Positions 49,238-59,414 of a stretch of DNA of 64,000 bases are shown here, in pieces (the first letter of the stretch is position 1; the number at the start of each line of letters is the position of its first letter). Both the position numbers and the translations under genes were made by a program. Origin of the DNA: an uncultured virus (IMG/VR IMGVR_UViG_3300046169_000098) (taxonomy: Duplodnaviria > Heunggongvirae > Uroviricota > Caudoviricetes); IMG/VR virus record IMGVR_UViG_3300046169_000098. One strand, given 5' to 3'. The notes under the pieces were generated by a model, which was not told the origin of the DNA, ran no database searches, and was given only the letters and a program-made list of their open reading frames with translations.

Positions 49238-50533
49238 TTATTGTGGTAGTTTAAGAAATACTTTCATAGAGTCTACATCTATTCTTGTAATTTGAACCGT
49301 GATCTCATCTCCAGGTTTAAATACAGACATAGTTTCTTCCCCTATTTCACTGATATGTAACAATCCTGTAACACCATCTTCGATGGTTATAAATAGCCCA
49401 TAATCTTTTTTAGTTTTAACTTTAGCAGTTACATTAGATGGAATTTGGTATCTTGTAGTAATATCTGCCCAAGGATTTACCTCTACGTTAGCTTTTTGTG
49501 TCAATGTAATCTTCTTTTCACTTACAATGTCTTTAACTTTAAATGCGATCTCATCACCTGGTTTAATTTCTCTCTTTTTAAATTTAACCAATGTTTCTTC
49601 ATCTAAATCATTGTTATGAATCATACCAGTTAGGCACTTATTAAACTCAACAAATACACCGTACTTAGCAGTACCTGTTACATGACCTATTTTCTCGCTA
49701 TCTATAGTTTCTTTTAATTCTTCTATTGCTGTAGGGATCATAGCTTGTAAATACTTTCTATGCGAAACGACTAATGTACCTCTGTCTGGTGAGAAACTAA
49801 CAGGAACCACATACATTTCTGTTCCAATGATAGAACTAAAGTCATGTAATTTATTGATTCCAGCTAATGATCCAGGCATAAAGCAATCTATTCCTTGAAC
49901 GTTAACTATGTAACCTCCGTTTTCTATCATATTTACAACTGTACCTACCCAAGCAGTGTCACCTTTTTCAACACCGTCTCTTAGATCCATAAATGTTTTT
50001 TGCTTAACACCACCACTGATGCTTCCAATAACATGTGATCCTGGTCTATATGTTGTGATCAATACTGAAGTAGCTTCTCCAGGTTTAAGGGATTGAACAT
50101 GTTCAGGCTCTTTTTCAAACTTAATATAAACAGATTCTCTATAACCCACATCGACCGTGATAAAGTCTGAAGTCACAGCATATACTGTACCTTCATAAAT
50201 TGCACCTTCTTGTAATTCAGGTAACATGTTAACGTTAGACTCGTATTGCTCCATTTTGTCATATAGCTCTTGAGCATAGACTTCTCTAGAGTACACTTTG
50301 TCTCCGTTTCTAGTTTTAATATGTGGATTTGGTTTTCTAAGTCTTGTTACACATGAAGCTTCATAGTCATCCCATTGAAATTCTCCTGCCTCATTGTACC
50401 ACTGTTCGTTTCCGTCGGTTTCTTCGACTTTAGCCTTTTCGTCAACTACTGTTTCGGTTTCTGATTGTACCTTCTTTGCATCTAGAACGACCGTAGTTTC
50501 GCCGATTCTAGCCCTTTTTGTTTTGTTTGTCAT
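49238..50533 (-). CDS. rpsA: ribosomal protein S1 (bS1)-like protein with four S1/OB domains
   Basis: YEGTVYAV....ITVDVGY, GGYIVNVQGIDCFMPGSL...VVSHR, G.VTGTAKYGVFVEF....GMIH..DL, DYGLFITIEDGVTGLLHISEI. Confidence 0.88.
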   Translation of the reverse strand: MTNKTKRARIGETTVVLDAKKVQSETETVVDEKAKVEETDGNEQWYNEAGEFQWDDYEASCVTRLRKPNPHIKTRNGDKVYSREVYAQELYDKMEQYESNVNMLPELQEGAIYEGTVYAVTSDFITVDVGYRESVYIKFEKEPEHVQSLKPGEATSVLITTYRPGSHVIGSISGGVKQKTFMDLRDGVEKGDTAWVGTVVNMIENGGYIVNVQGIDCFMPGSLAGINKLHDFSSIIGTEMYVVPVSFSPDRGTLVVSHRKYLQAMIPTAIEELKETIDSEKIGHVTGTAKYGVFVEFNKCLTGMIHNNDLDEETLVKFKKREIKPGDEIAFKVKDIVSEKKITLTQKANVEVNPWADITTRYQIPSNVTAKVKTKKDYGLFITIEDGVTGLLHISEIGEETMSVFKPGDEITVQITRIDVDSMKVFLKLPQ

Positions 50534-50579
50534 TTATTTTTATATTAAGAGTGTAACATATTATATATCCTTCTATTTT

Positions 50580-52533
50580 TTAGAACACGACAGGTACAAA
50601 ACCTACCATAGGCACTGGGCCAGCAGGTGTTGGAATACCTCCAAGATATAATAATTTAAATTCTAATAAGTGCATTGCATATGTCGCTGCCAAAGCAGTT
50701 GCGACAACTGTTGCAGGTGGTTTAGTTGGTGGAATCATAAATGATTTACCAGAATTCCAAGCTCTTCTTAGGTTATTAGCTAATCTAGTTTTTCCACCAT
50801 AATAAATCGGTACATAAATACCAGTCAGTGGCGCTGTAATTAATGCCGGAGGCATTGGCGTACTTGGGGCAAATGGTTTTACAATACACAAATACCAGTA
50901 AGTTATGGTGACAGCTGCCATTTCTTCATATGGGTCACCACCTGGCCATGTAAAGTTTATATCTGCACCTTCTTCTTGCTCATCACACTGCATCTGCTTC
51001 TTCTTTTGATTTTTCAGCTTGAAAATATTGAAATTTAAAAACAGTTCCACCATTTTTTGGATCTATTTCTAAAAACTGATCTAAAACTGCCTTAGCGTCA
51101 GTAGGCATTCGGACTTATGTTAGATACTGCGTTTGGTATTTTTGCCCAATGTCTTTCATATTCATAATTCAACATATTCATTTTTCACATATTGATTATT
51201 TTTGTCCCACCATAGAATTTTATTACTATCGTTTAATACAATGTTGGGTGCCTCACCTTCTTCTAGATTTAAATTACCTAAATTACCTGTACTAGAATAT
51301 TGATTTACAGATTTTATTGTACTACTATCATATGAAAAGAATGCTATTACACTATCAGTCAGTATCCTAGGTCTTTTGCTTTCATGTTGTGGTAAATCAC
51401 GTTCTCTATTAAAAGAGACCTGACACTTATATTCGTCTAGTGGACAAAGCACATCTTCACTTAGGTCTGGTGATGGCATTGGAGTTTCTGCCTTTCTACC
51501 AAGTGATAGCCTTTTAAATAAATCATTTTCAGTATAAACGTATTCGCTTCTATTACCGCTTGCAGCCACCGTAACCTCATATGCTGGAAACGCAACATCT
51601 ATTGCTTCTTTAAATACTCTAGAAACACCATCTACTATTTGTTTCCAATTATCATAGCCTGCATTTTTTATATCGTTTCTTACTTGAGTTTCTACGTTTA
51701 CATACGGGAATCTTTGCTTCCATTGGCTACTAGCATAGTAGTAATTATTTGCGACAAAGTCTTCGTAATTTGCCTTACCTAAACTCGTGGCCCATCTAAT
51801 ATAATTAAATTGGCCGTTTAAACTACCTATTTTATCAAATTGCTGTAAAAGTCTATTTGCGAATAAATCAATAATATCACTTGCAGATTCTTTGCCATCT
51901 AAGCAATGAAATTGAAAAAACCTAAATTTATATAAGTCATATTTAGGATTATCTTTATTTTCATTTATAAACTTAGAAAATTTCTTATCTATTTTCTTTT
52001 GTTCTTCTATTGGATCTGGTGGTACAATTGGTTCAGGACAAAGGTCAGCATAATCTGGATGTGATTCTTTTCCCATTTCTGTGATATTACCATCTTCATC
52101 CTTTTGATCCATTAGTGGAATATCACCTTCTTTTAATAATCTTTCAAATACTAAGACCATATCCATTCTTTAGAAATTCTTCAGCCGCACCGTTGTTGGT
52201 ATGCGTTGCTCCAACTGGTGTCATTGCAGCACCTTTTACTGCATCTAAATAGTCCTGCGCTATTGCAACACCAAAGTCATATCTGCCACTTAAGGGATTT
52301 GTATTGCCTATATTAGTAAACTGAGAAGGATTAGTGGCTAAGTTTGCGTTTAGTGGATTTCCTGGCTTTACTGCATTTGCAAGTGCAGGTGTTGGTGGAA
52401 AAATATTTACTTGATCTGCTCCAACTTTAGGTGTCTCATATGATTGCGTTGCTAGCCCACCAGGTTTTGTAAACTGATGGCTTGAGATCGTATTGGCAGC
52501 AGCGCTTATAAATGATGGCCAGATTACGGGCAT
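50580..52533 (-). CDS. probable baseplate-associated structural protein fragmented by several indels
   Basis: ORFs 52144..52533, 51162..52166 and 50580..51053 are consecutive; the first junction is restored by removing one base (NGYG-LVFERLL). Confidence 0.5.
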
Positions 52534-52535
52534 AA

Positions 52536-53252
52536 TTACTTATTCTTTTGTTGATAGTTAATATGAGTACTTGATAATTTTGCTACTGTCGCCGGTGTTG
52601 GTGGCATTGGAGGTCCAGATGGCCCAACTCCAGTTGGGTGTATATGTGCATTATAGTCATCCAATAATGCTTGTAACCAATCTTGTAAAGATTGACCTCT
52701 CACTGCAGGTTCAGTTTCGTCTGCTCCACCTTCACCGGTATTAGAAACGAAAATATCACCACAATCTAAAAACACTTTATCATCTGTTGAAATTTTAATA
52801 AAACCATCTTCATCAATCTGAATCATAGGTCTTTCTTTGGCACCACTACCGCGTGTAATGATTAGCCCATCTTCAGGAGAATGATATATCCTTAAGTTTC
52901 TTTCCGCATCGTATACTAAACTGATTACATCATGTGGCGCGTCCGATGATTCTAAAACATCACCCTTAAGATCATCATTTTGGTCTATTTGAAACCAATA
53001 TTCTGGGTGGTAAATATTTCCATTGTCAAATCTAACTGCAACTATATCGCCAACTCGAGGAACCGAATGAGCGCCGACTTGATCTCTATTCATAGGTGTT
53101 GCCCATGGAATAGCGTCTTCTGTTAATGTGTCAAATTTACCATAAACCTTTACCCTACATCTTCCTTGTAATAATGGATCCTCGTTGACAACTACCTCAC
53201 CAAGCCAGTGAGTTTCTCTAATGTTGTCTTTGTAAAGCTCTTTATCATTCAT
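52536..53252 (-). CDS. baseplate spike protein (gp5/gpV-like OB fold)
   Basis: DPL.QGRCRVKV.G, IPWA.P, VP.VGD.V.V.F.NG; C-terminal H.H iron-binding-type motif HIHPTGVGPSGPP. Confidence 0.88.
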   Translation of the reverse strand: MNDKELYKDNIRETHWLGEVVVNEDPLLQGRCRVKVYGKFDTLTEDAIPWATPMNRDQVGAHSVPRVGDIVAVRFDNGNIYHPEYWFQIDQNDDLKGDVLESSDAPHDVISLVYDAERNLRIYHSPEDGLIITRGSGAKERPMIQIDEDGFIKISTDDKVFLDCGDIFVSNTGEGGADETEPAVRGQSLQDWLQALLDDYNAHIHPTGVGPSGPPMPPTPATVAKLSSTHINYQQKNK

Positions 53253-54609
53253 GTACGTTATCGTTTAAGTTACCGTCTGGTGTTGAATCTACACCTGTAT
53301 TTATTCCGCCATATACATTATCGCTACCAAGCTCGTCACTGTCGGCTGGTATGTCATCGTATACTTTCTTAGGAGAAATATTACCATCAGGTGAGGAGTC
53401 TTGTACAAAATTATCGGCTGGGTAAATATTACCTGGAGACATGTCTCCTGATTCATTATTACTATTGTTAGTAAATAGTTGTCCAGCTAAGTTAGCGATT
53501 GCATTTACACTTCCCGAAGAAATAGCGTCTTGTATACTTCCTAATCCGCCAGCTCCGTGTACATTACCTAATAATAAAGCTGCAGTTGCACTTTCAAGTG
53601 CTTGATCAGCCAAACTAGCCAAAGGACCACTTACACCCAATCTACTACCATATACGTTAGCTAATCCATTTGGATCTTGAGAAAACGCACCTTTAAAATT
53701 ATCTATTTTACCCATTACACCATCTTTGATAGACTTTAATTTATCATTAGCTGCATCTTTGATAGCTTGCTTTGGATCAAATGGACCGAAATCATATGGG
53801 TTTGGATTTCCAACAACACCAAGACCTTCTTGTACTTCTGCTTCATTTGGATATTTTGATCCTGATTGAGTTACAGATTTCCACTTAATTGCAATTTTAG
53901 GTTTTCTTAACTCTGGGTTTTTACCTAAGTCTGCATACATTGTAGCTATTGAATCAATGTCAAATTCACAAAAATCAAATTGTAATTTGATAAAAGGTTT
54001 TGCGGTTAGATTCAAGGTCTCGTGAATAGGCTGAGGCTCTTTAGCATCTTTATGTACTGGAGAACTTCTTTTATACGAGGCATCTAAATCTTTAGCATGT
54101 GTATCTTGCTGAAATTGTCTAATCTCTGAAACATAGATGTGCATTCTAAAATATCTAATGTTATGTGGAATTATTTCAATCCATCTATTAAAATCATATA
54201 CTGCACTCTTATATAGGTCCATTAAAGAAATGGCTGTTAAATCAACAGTTTCTTCTAGACATTCTATCTCTAGTTTAGGATCTTCTGCTCCCCAATATGG
54301 CTCTGCTAAATTCTTATATTGTTGAGAAAGCTCTAAGCCGCTTATAGTTTGCCAAAACCATGGAAGTTCTAAGTTAATTTTGAATAATAGCTTTTTAAAT
54401 GCATTTAAATTAGCAGCTAATTTTTTACCATAATCACCACCTACTGTTTCTAATAAATATTTTTCAGCAGTACCGTTAAATAGGGGAGATTCTCTTGAAG
54501 ACTTTTCAAATAGAATTAACCAACTTAAATAAGTTGGATCTTCATTAATAGTCCTAAGTTGAGTTCCCTTTTTAAACTCTTTGGCATGTTTATATAAATC
54601 TTGCTGCAT
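53245..54609 (-). CDS. probable baseplate/tail-tube initiator structural protein
   Basis: 454-aa ORF between hub and spike; PWFWQTISGL and F.FCEFD motifs; no firm family. Confidence 0.5.
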   Translation of the reverse strand: MQQDLYKHAKEFKKGTQLRTINEDPTYLSWLILFEKSSRESPLFNGTAEKYLLETVGGDYGKKLAANLNAFKKLLFKINLELPWFWQTISGLELSQQYKNLAEPYWGAEDPKLEIECLEETVDLTAISLMDLYKSAVYDFNRWIEIIPHNIRYFRMHIYVSEIRQFQQDTHAKDLDASYKRSSPVHKDAKEPQPIHETLNLTAKPFIKLQFDFCEFDIDSIATMYADLGKNPELRKPKIAIKWKSVTQSGSKYPNEAEVQEGLGVVGNPNPYDFGPFDPKQAIKDAANDKLKSIKDGVMGKIDNFKGAFSQDPNGLANVYGSRLGVSGPLASLADQALESATAALLLGNVHGAGGLGSIQDAISSGSVNAIANLAGQLFTNNSNNESGDMSPGNIYPADNFVQDSSPDGNISPKKVYDDIPADSDELGSDNVYGGINTGVDSTPDGNLNDNVHE

Positions 54610-54646
54610 ATCTTATATATTCGATTTTGGTTGCATGTTTTGGGCA

Positions 54647-56603
54647 TTAAGATTCTTCTGTAACCTCCACTGAAGAAGTTCCTGTAAATGTTTTGCCCTC
54701 TGCTTGTATTTGAATAGTAAGATCATATGTTTGAGGATCAAATTCTCCTGTTTGTGAGAGATCTAATACCCATGTTCCATTGTTCTTAACTGACATTCCG
54801 TAACTTGGTCCAATTAATGTATCATCTATATCTGCTTGCCAAGAATCAAACCCTGCAACTTCCTTATTTGCAGTCCACGTACCTTCAAATACAGCATATG
54901 TACTATTACCAAACGTAGCTTGAATATCTTGTTGAGATGTAGTTTTAGTAAATCCTATTTCTATTTCTAATTCCACATCAGGTGCTGGTTCAGGTGTTGG
55001 TTCTGGCGTTGGCTCTGGTGTTGGTTCTGGCGTTGGTTCTGATGTTGGCTCTGGTGGTGGAGGTGGACTATTATCTGCACCATTATCGGCGTTTTCGTCA
55101 AAGGTCGCTTCTTTTAAATCGGCAACTTTAGTCGGCCACTCTCTTCTAATTAAAGTAACCTCTTGAGATAATCCAGATTCTATGTCGTAGTTAATGTTAA
55201 TATTTTCTATTATATAAAAACCTGTCAAAAATCTATCAACCACCTGCGAGTTAGATTCTTCTTCTCTTTCACCAGTGTCTGGCACAATAGCTTGCTCCGA
55301 AAAACCAGCTTCATCCTGTTTGGCTTGTGCTTCTTCTGCTGCCTTAATTTTTACACCATCATAATGATACATCAACAATGGTATTTTTTGGAACTTATAC
55401 AATGCAGGGTTAAAACTACTTAAAGTAACTTTAACTTTCATCTTTTGAGTTTCCATTTCATTTTGCTTCTGAAACAACTTAGAGTAAATTGCATTCTTAT
55501 GTGTGTTACCTAAACCATCGTCTCCTGCATTTTGACGACCCATATACTTAAACTTAACATTTTCTTGGTAACGTTCTTCAGTTCTTCTACCCTTTAGTGG
55601 CTCTTCAATATCTCTGAGATTGGTTGAACTTAAAGGCTCAATATCAAATCGTTGTAATCTATCTGAATCACTATTGTTATCATATAGCATTATATTTCTC
55701 TTGTTACCCTGCCTTTAAACTAATTTTACTAGAGTTGTTGATAAGCTCAACTTTGTCGGCGTAGTTATTCATACCTTGAACCTCTCGGTTATTAGTAAGC
55801 ATGAGTGGAACCTCAATATCATCTGGATCTTTTCCTTCTGTTTCAGCTGATTCACCCATAGAAACCCCAACCGATGCTAATGCCACTTGTAGATCATTTA
55901 TATCAGGATTGCTAGAATTAAAAATCTTGTTTACTTCTACAAAATTCAAATAATAATATTGATCTATGTAAAATTTAGTAAAAGACTCTTCGTCAATGTA
56001 AGCGTCCTTAGCTACAGATTTTATAAACTCTAAATAAGTTTCATATGCTTGTATTCTGGCTTGACTATCGTCAGTTGCATCGATATTTGTTGCTAATCCT
56101 ATTTGTAATTCTCTAGCAATCATTTCCATGTGATCCAAAGAACCGGCTGCATCTAGAGTTTGACAATTCTCGGCAAAAAGTTTAGGTATTTTTGCAACTC
56201 CACTTAAACTAATAGAAGGTGGCTCACCATCAACTTCCCTTTCATTAGATATATCTGTAATATCAAAATCCATGTGAATAGATTTAAATGTTTCCTGATT
56301 CTTTGAATTTATTAATAGAACAAGTGTATCGCCATCTCTTGGATAGTGATCTACATCAAATGCTTGTTTATTATCTACAACACTAACCGAAACTTTAGGT
56401 ACAATGCCCGATAAATCTAAATCAACACTTTGTATATTATCTCTACCGAAAACATATTTATTGATCATAATAAACGGTTCGATATTACCAGTGTTTTTGG
56501 TTTGTTTATCTCCACCCTCTTCTTCACCAGCAGCATACATTTCTATTTCTGTTGGCATTAAAGCTGGTTCTACTACCGCTAAAATATTGTGTTCTAAATC
56601 CAT
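54647..56603 (-). CDS. baseplate hub-like protein (gp27/gpD position), about 651 aa, with a +1 G near 55708; C-terminal PEPT linker and Ig-like domain
   Basis: ORFs join as KAG-NKRNIMLYDN. LTGFYII..I.......L.Q...L.RREW is a typical hub C-terminus; follows gp53-like. Confidence 0.6.
54982..55045 (-). repeat. 12-nt tandem repeat encoding PEPT
   Basis: PPPPPEPTSEPTPEPTPEPTPEPAP. Confidence 0.9.
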
Positions 56604-56625
56604 CTATAATATATTAGTTAACTTC

Positions 56626-57450
56626 TTATTTTGCACAAGGTGAATCTTCACTTGCTGGATCATTTCCTGGATTTTTACTCGCAGGTGCATCTTTCCCGTT
56701 ATTGTTATCTCCGGTTTGATCAGCAGAATCACCTTTTGTTTCCGCCGCTTGATTTGCTCCACCTTTACCAGCGTTATTATCTAGTAGATTATCTACCTGT
56801 GTATCTGTAAGATCGTTTTGTGTATTATTGTTACCAGTATTACCAGTAATGGTTGCTTCATCAAAGTCAGATCCTTGTTGTTCTAGTACAATCTCTCTTT
56901 GACTTTTTTCTTCATTTTGAGATGCAATAATCTCCGCTGTAATAGACTCAGTAACTGGATCTGTTTGCACTTGAGCACCCATTCTAACTTGATTTCCGTT
57001 AAATTCATAATTCTTTTTACCAACCGGAATTACGTTAGGTGGCAGAAGTGTTTCCTTGTTGTACTTCTTCTTTAATACATCCAATCTAGCCTTATCTTTC
57101 TTACTCAACCTTTTTGTATCCATAAATTGTCTTTTAACAATATTATCTTCGAATGCCATAGGTCTTTCTAATCTATAATATGCTGTGTCTGGCGAGGGAA
57201 TTAAAATTATTTCGCCGGGATTTAAACTAAATGGATCAGAAATTCTATTGAATTTTAGAATCATATCAGTTTTAGTGTGATCACCGTAGTACTTTAAAGC
57301 CATCAAATCTGGCCTAACTTTATCATCATCAGTGACAACATGCTCGGCTATAATTTCAGCTCTGTCTTTATTTCTAAAGATCATAGTCGGCTGAGTCATA
57401 ATTAATTTGACTGTATCTACTGTTTTATTTACTAAACTTTTAAAATCCAT
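56626..57450 (-). CDS. LysM-like baseplate wedge protein (T4 gp53-like)
   Basis: RPDLMALKYYGD....D.ILKFN.ISDPFSL..G..ILIP. Confidence 0.82.
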   Translation of the reverse strand: MDFKSLVNKTVDTVKLIMTQPTMIFRNKDRAEIIAEHVVTDDDKVRPDLMALKYYGDHTKTDMILKFNRISDPFSLNPGEIILIPSPDTAYYRLERPMAFEDNIVKRQFMDTKRLSKKDKARLDVLKKKYNKETLLPPNVIPVGKKNYEFNGNQVRMGAQVQTDPVTESITAEIIASQNEEKSQREIVLEQQGSDFDEATITGNTGNNNTQNDLTDTQVDNLLDNNAGKGGANQAAETKGDSADQTGDNNNGKDAPASKNPGNDPASEDSPCAK

Positions 57451-57465
57451 ATTTTAATATTAATA

Positions 57466-59337
57466 TTATCCAGCGTTAAGGTCAGAAACTCTCTTAAGGA
57501 ATGCTTTAGTAACGTGTTGAGCAGTTTGATCTTTACCACCATATGCACTAACATCAAACATTGCGTTCACGTCAATTGATCCTTCAACATCTGGTTGTAA
57601 GTAAGATCTACCTCTACCTGCATTAAACATTGATTCTATTTCACCCTTGTCTCTTGGTCTACCAGGTTTTAATGTACATGTAAGTTTAATTTTACTTGGA
57701 AATCCTTCATAACCCAAAGGTCCATCAAATTCTATTTTACTATCCATCATTGCTAAGTTTCCACAAACTATCATAGGATTCATTGGATTACCAATAGTAA
57801 CGTGCCATTGTCCAGTAGGATCACCCGTTAAAAACGCAGCAATAGTTGTGGCACCTTGAGGTCCATTCATCAATTTCATTAGGCCACCTCCAACGATGTT
57901 ATCGAGTATCTTAGAATCACCTAAGGCATTAATACCTTTACCATTCGCAACACCTTTTACTGCATTACCAAGATCACCTAGTGCAAAACCAGCAGCACCC
58001 TTTATCTGATCACCTACAGAACTTAAGAATCCTTTATAGTCACCACTTTTTAATTTGTTAAAATCACCAAAAGGTTTACCTATACTACCACTACCCAATC
58101 CTCTAGTAGCACCACCCCAGAATGGAGCGTTGTTGTATGTTAACGCTAATATATTTGAAAGCGTATCCATAAATGCAACTTTAGGACTTGTATCTGCCAA
58201 AGCCTTTAAGTCATAATAGAAATTTAATTCAAACTGTTGATCAAATTCTAAACCTTGTTGTTTGGTTAATACTTTTTTAATTACATTAAGTGGTCCAAAT
58301 ACTTTGTTAGGATACGTTTCACTTGTTGGATCCCAACCTGCACCCTTATCTTTTATTCTAGCAGCTTGTTCAGGACTAACGTTGTTTACACCGGCGTTTA
58401 CAGCACTTAATAGCGGACTTCCGTCAATCATTGCTCCTAATTTACCTTTTTTACCAGCACTTCCTGTAATTTTTTGAATTTCTGATTCTACTTCTTTCCA
58501 ATTAAACTTTGTTCCAAATTTAAGAATACTTTTCATCTCGTTACCAAGCGCCGGCGACATCCACGTGATAGCTCTTGCAAGATCAGGCATAGAGCCATCT
58601 ACTGGCTTTCCGTCTTTACCAGGAATCATCATGTTTTTAAGATCATCTTGTACTGGATATGGGAATCTTCTTAGAGTAATCATATAATCATTAGAGATAC
58701 GACCATAATGTTCTGCTTGTACAAAATCAGCGTAACTATATGTGTACGCAATAGATGGATGTTCTTTAGATTCGTTTACTATATTACTAGCAGTTGGATT
58801 ATAAGCTTCTGCTAGACCATGGTGGAATACTGCTTTATTATAAGAATCTTTTCCACTTGACATATCGTCCTTAGATGAATCTGCTCTGTTCTTATATTTA
58901 TGCAAAGACCAAGCATTCATTTTAGAATTAAGACCTAGTCCTGCAGAAACGCTTTGTCCAGCATCCTCTATTTTGTCACCACCAGTACCACTAACTGTTT
59001 TACCAACTGAATATGTTCTAGAATCTACCTCGTTTACACCATATAAACTATTTGCACCAGCACCAGTGTCCTGTGCAGATGCATTAATTGTAGTTTTACC
59101 TTGAGAATCTAATACGTTAGGTGGTTCGGGAACAGGATAGCCAATTACAGGATATACTCCTCCAAATGTTGCGGCTCCTGAATCATCCACGTTTATAAAA
59201 GTAGAAAGAACAGGACCTTTTTCTTCACCAGTTGGCATTTCTAGCCAAACTAATTTTGGAGCTTCATCTCCTAGTGATGCTTTGAATACTTCAGACTCTT
59301 CCATTCTTAAGAATGTAAATGAAATAGCGTTTGCCAT
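57466..59337 (-). CDS. probable baseplate/tail-tube initiator structural protein, 623 aa
   Basis: WHVTIGNPMNP...GNL......F...LG..GFP......TLK.GRPRD; upstream of gp53-like. Confidence 0.55.
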   Translation of the reverse strand: MANAISFTFLRMEESEVFKASLGDEAPKLVWLEMPTGEEKGPVLSTFINVDDSGAATFGGVYPVIGYPVPEPPNVLDSQGKTTINASAQDTGAGANSLYGVNEVDSRTYSVGKTVSGTGGDKIEDAGQSVSAGLGLNSKMNAWSLHKYKNRADSSKDDMSSGKDSYNKAVFHHGLAEAYNPTASNIVNESKEHPSIAYTYSYADFVQAEHYGRISNDYMITLRRFPYPVQDDLKNMMIPGKDGKPVDGSMPDLARAITWMSPALGNEMKSILKFGTKFNWKEVESEIQKITGSAGKKGKLGAMIDGSPLLSAVNAGVNNVSPEQAARIKDKGAGWDPTSETYPNKVFGPLNVIKKVLTKQQGLEFDQQFELNFYYDLKALADTSPKVAFMDTLSNILALTYNNAPFWGGATRGLGSGSIGKPFGDFNKLKSGDYKGFLSSVGDQIKGAAGFALGDLGNAVKGVANGKGINALGDSKILDNIVGGGLMKLMNGPQGATTIAAFLTGDPTGQWHVTIGNPMNPMIVCGNLAMMDSKIEFDGPLGYEGFPSKIKLTCTLKPGRPRDKGEIESMFNAGRGRSYLQPDVEGSIDVNAMFDVSAYGGKDQTAQHVTKAFLKRVSDLNAG

Positions 59338-59360
59338 GTAATAGTTGCTCTTTGTTTATT

Positions 59361-59414
59361 TATATATCTACGGAATTATATTAATGTAATATAATTACCC
59401 GTAAAGTATATATC
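59361..59414 (-). promoter_or_regulatory. tandem GATATATA putative late promoters flanking a hairpin at the head of the structural module
   Basis: GATATATA at 59407-59414 and 59361-59368; inverted repeat AATTATATT/AATATAATT at 59374-59396. Confidence 0.55.

Noticed and set aside
49238..50533. Bacterial chromosome or prophage boundary suggested by rpsA
   Set aside because: The gene is flanked on both sides by phage baseplate/neck genes, with the same strand, composition and promoter motif; no cmk/ihfB or other host neighbours.
984..55710. Programmed ribosomal frameshifting or true pseudogenes as explanation for the split genes
   Set aside because: There are too many sites, several per gene, with no shared slippery heptamer or downstream structure, and essential structural genes are affected; sequencing error is more parsimonious.
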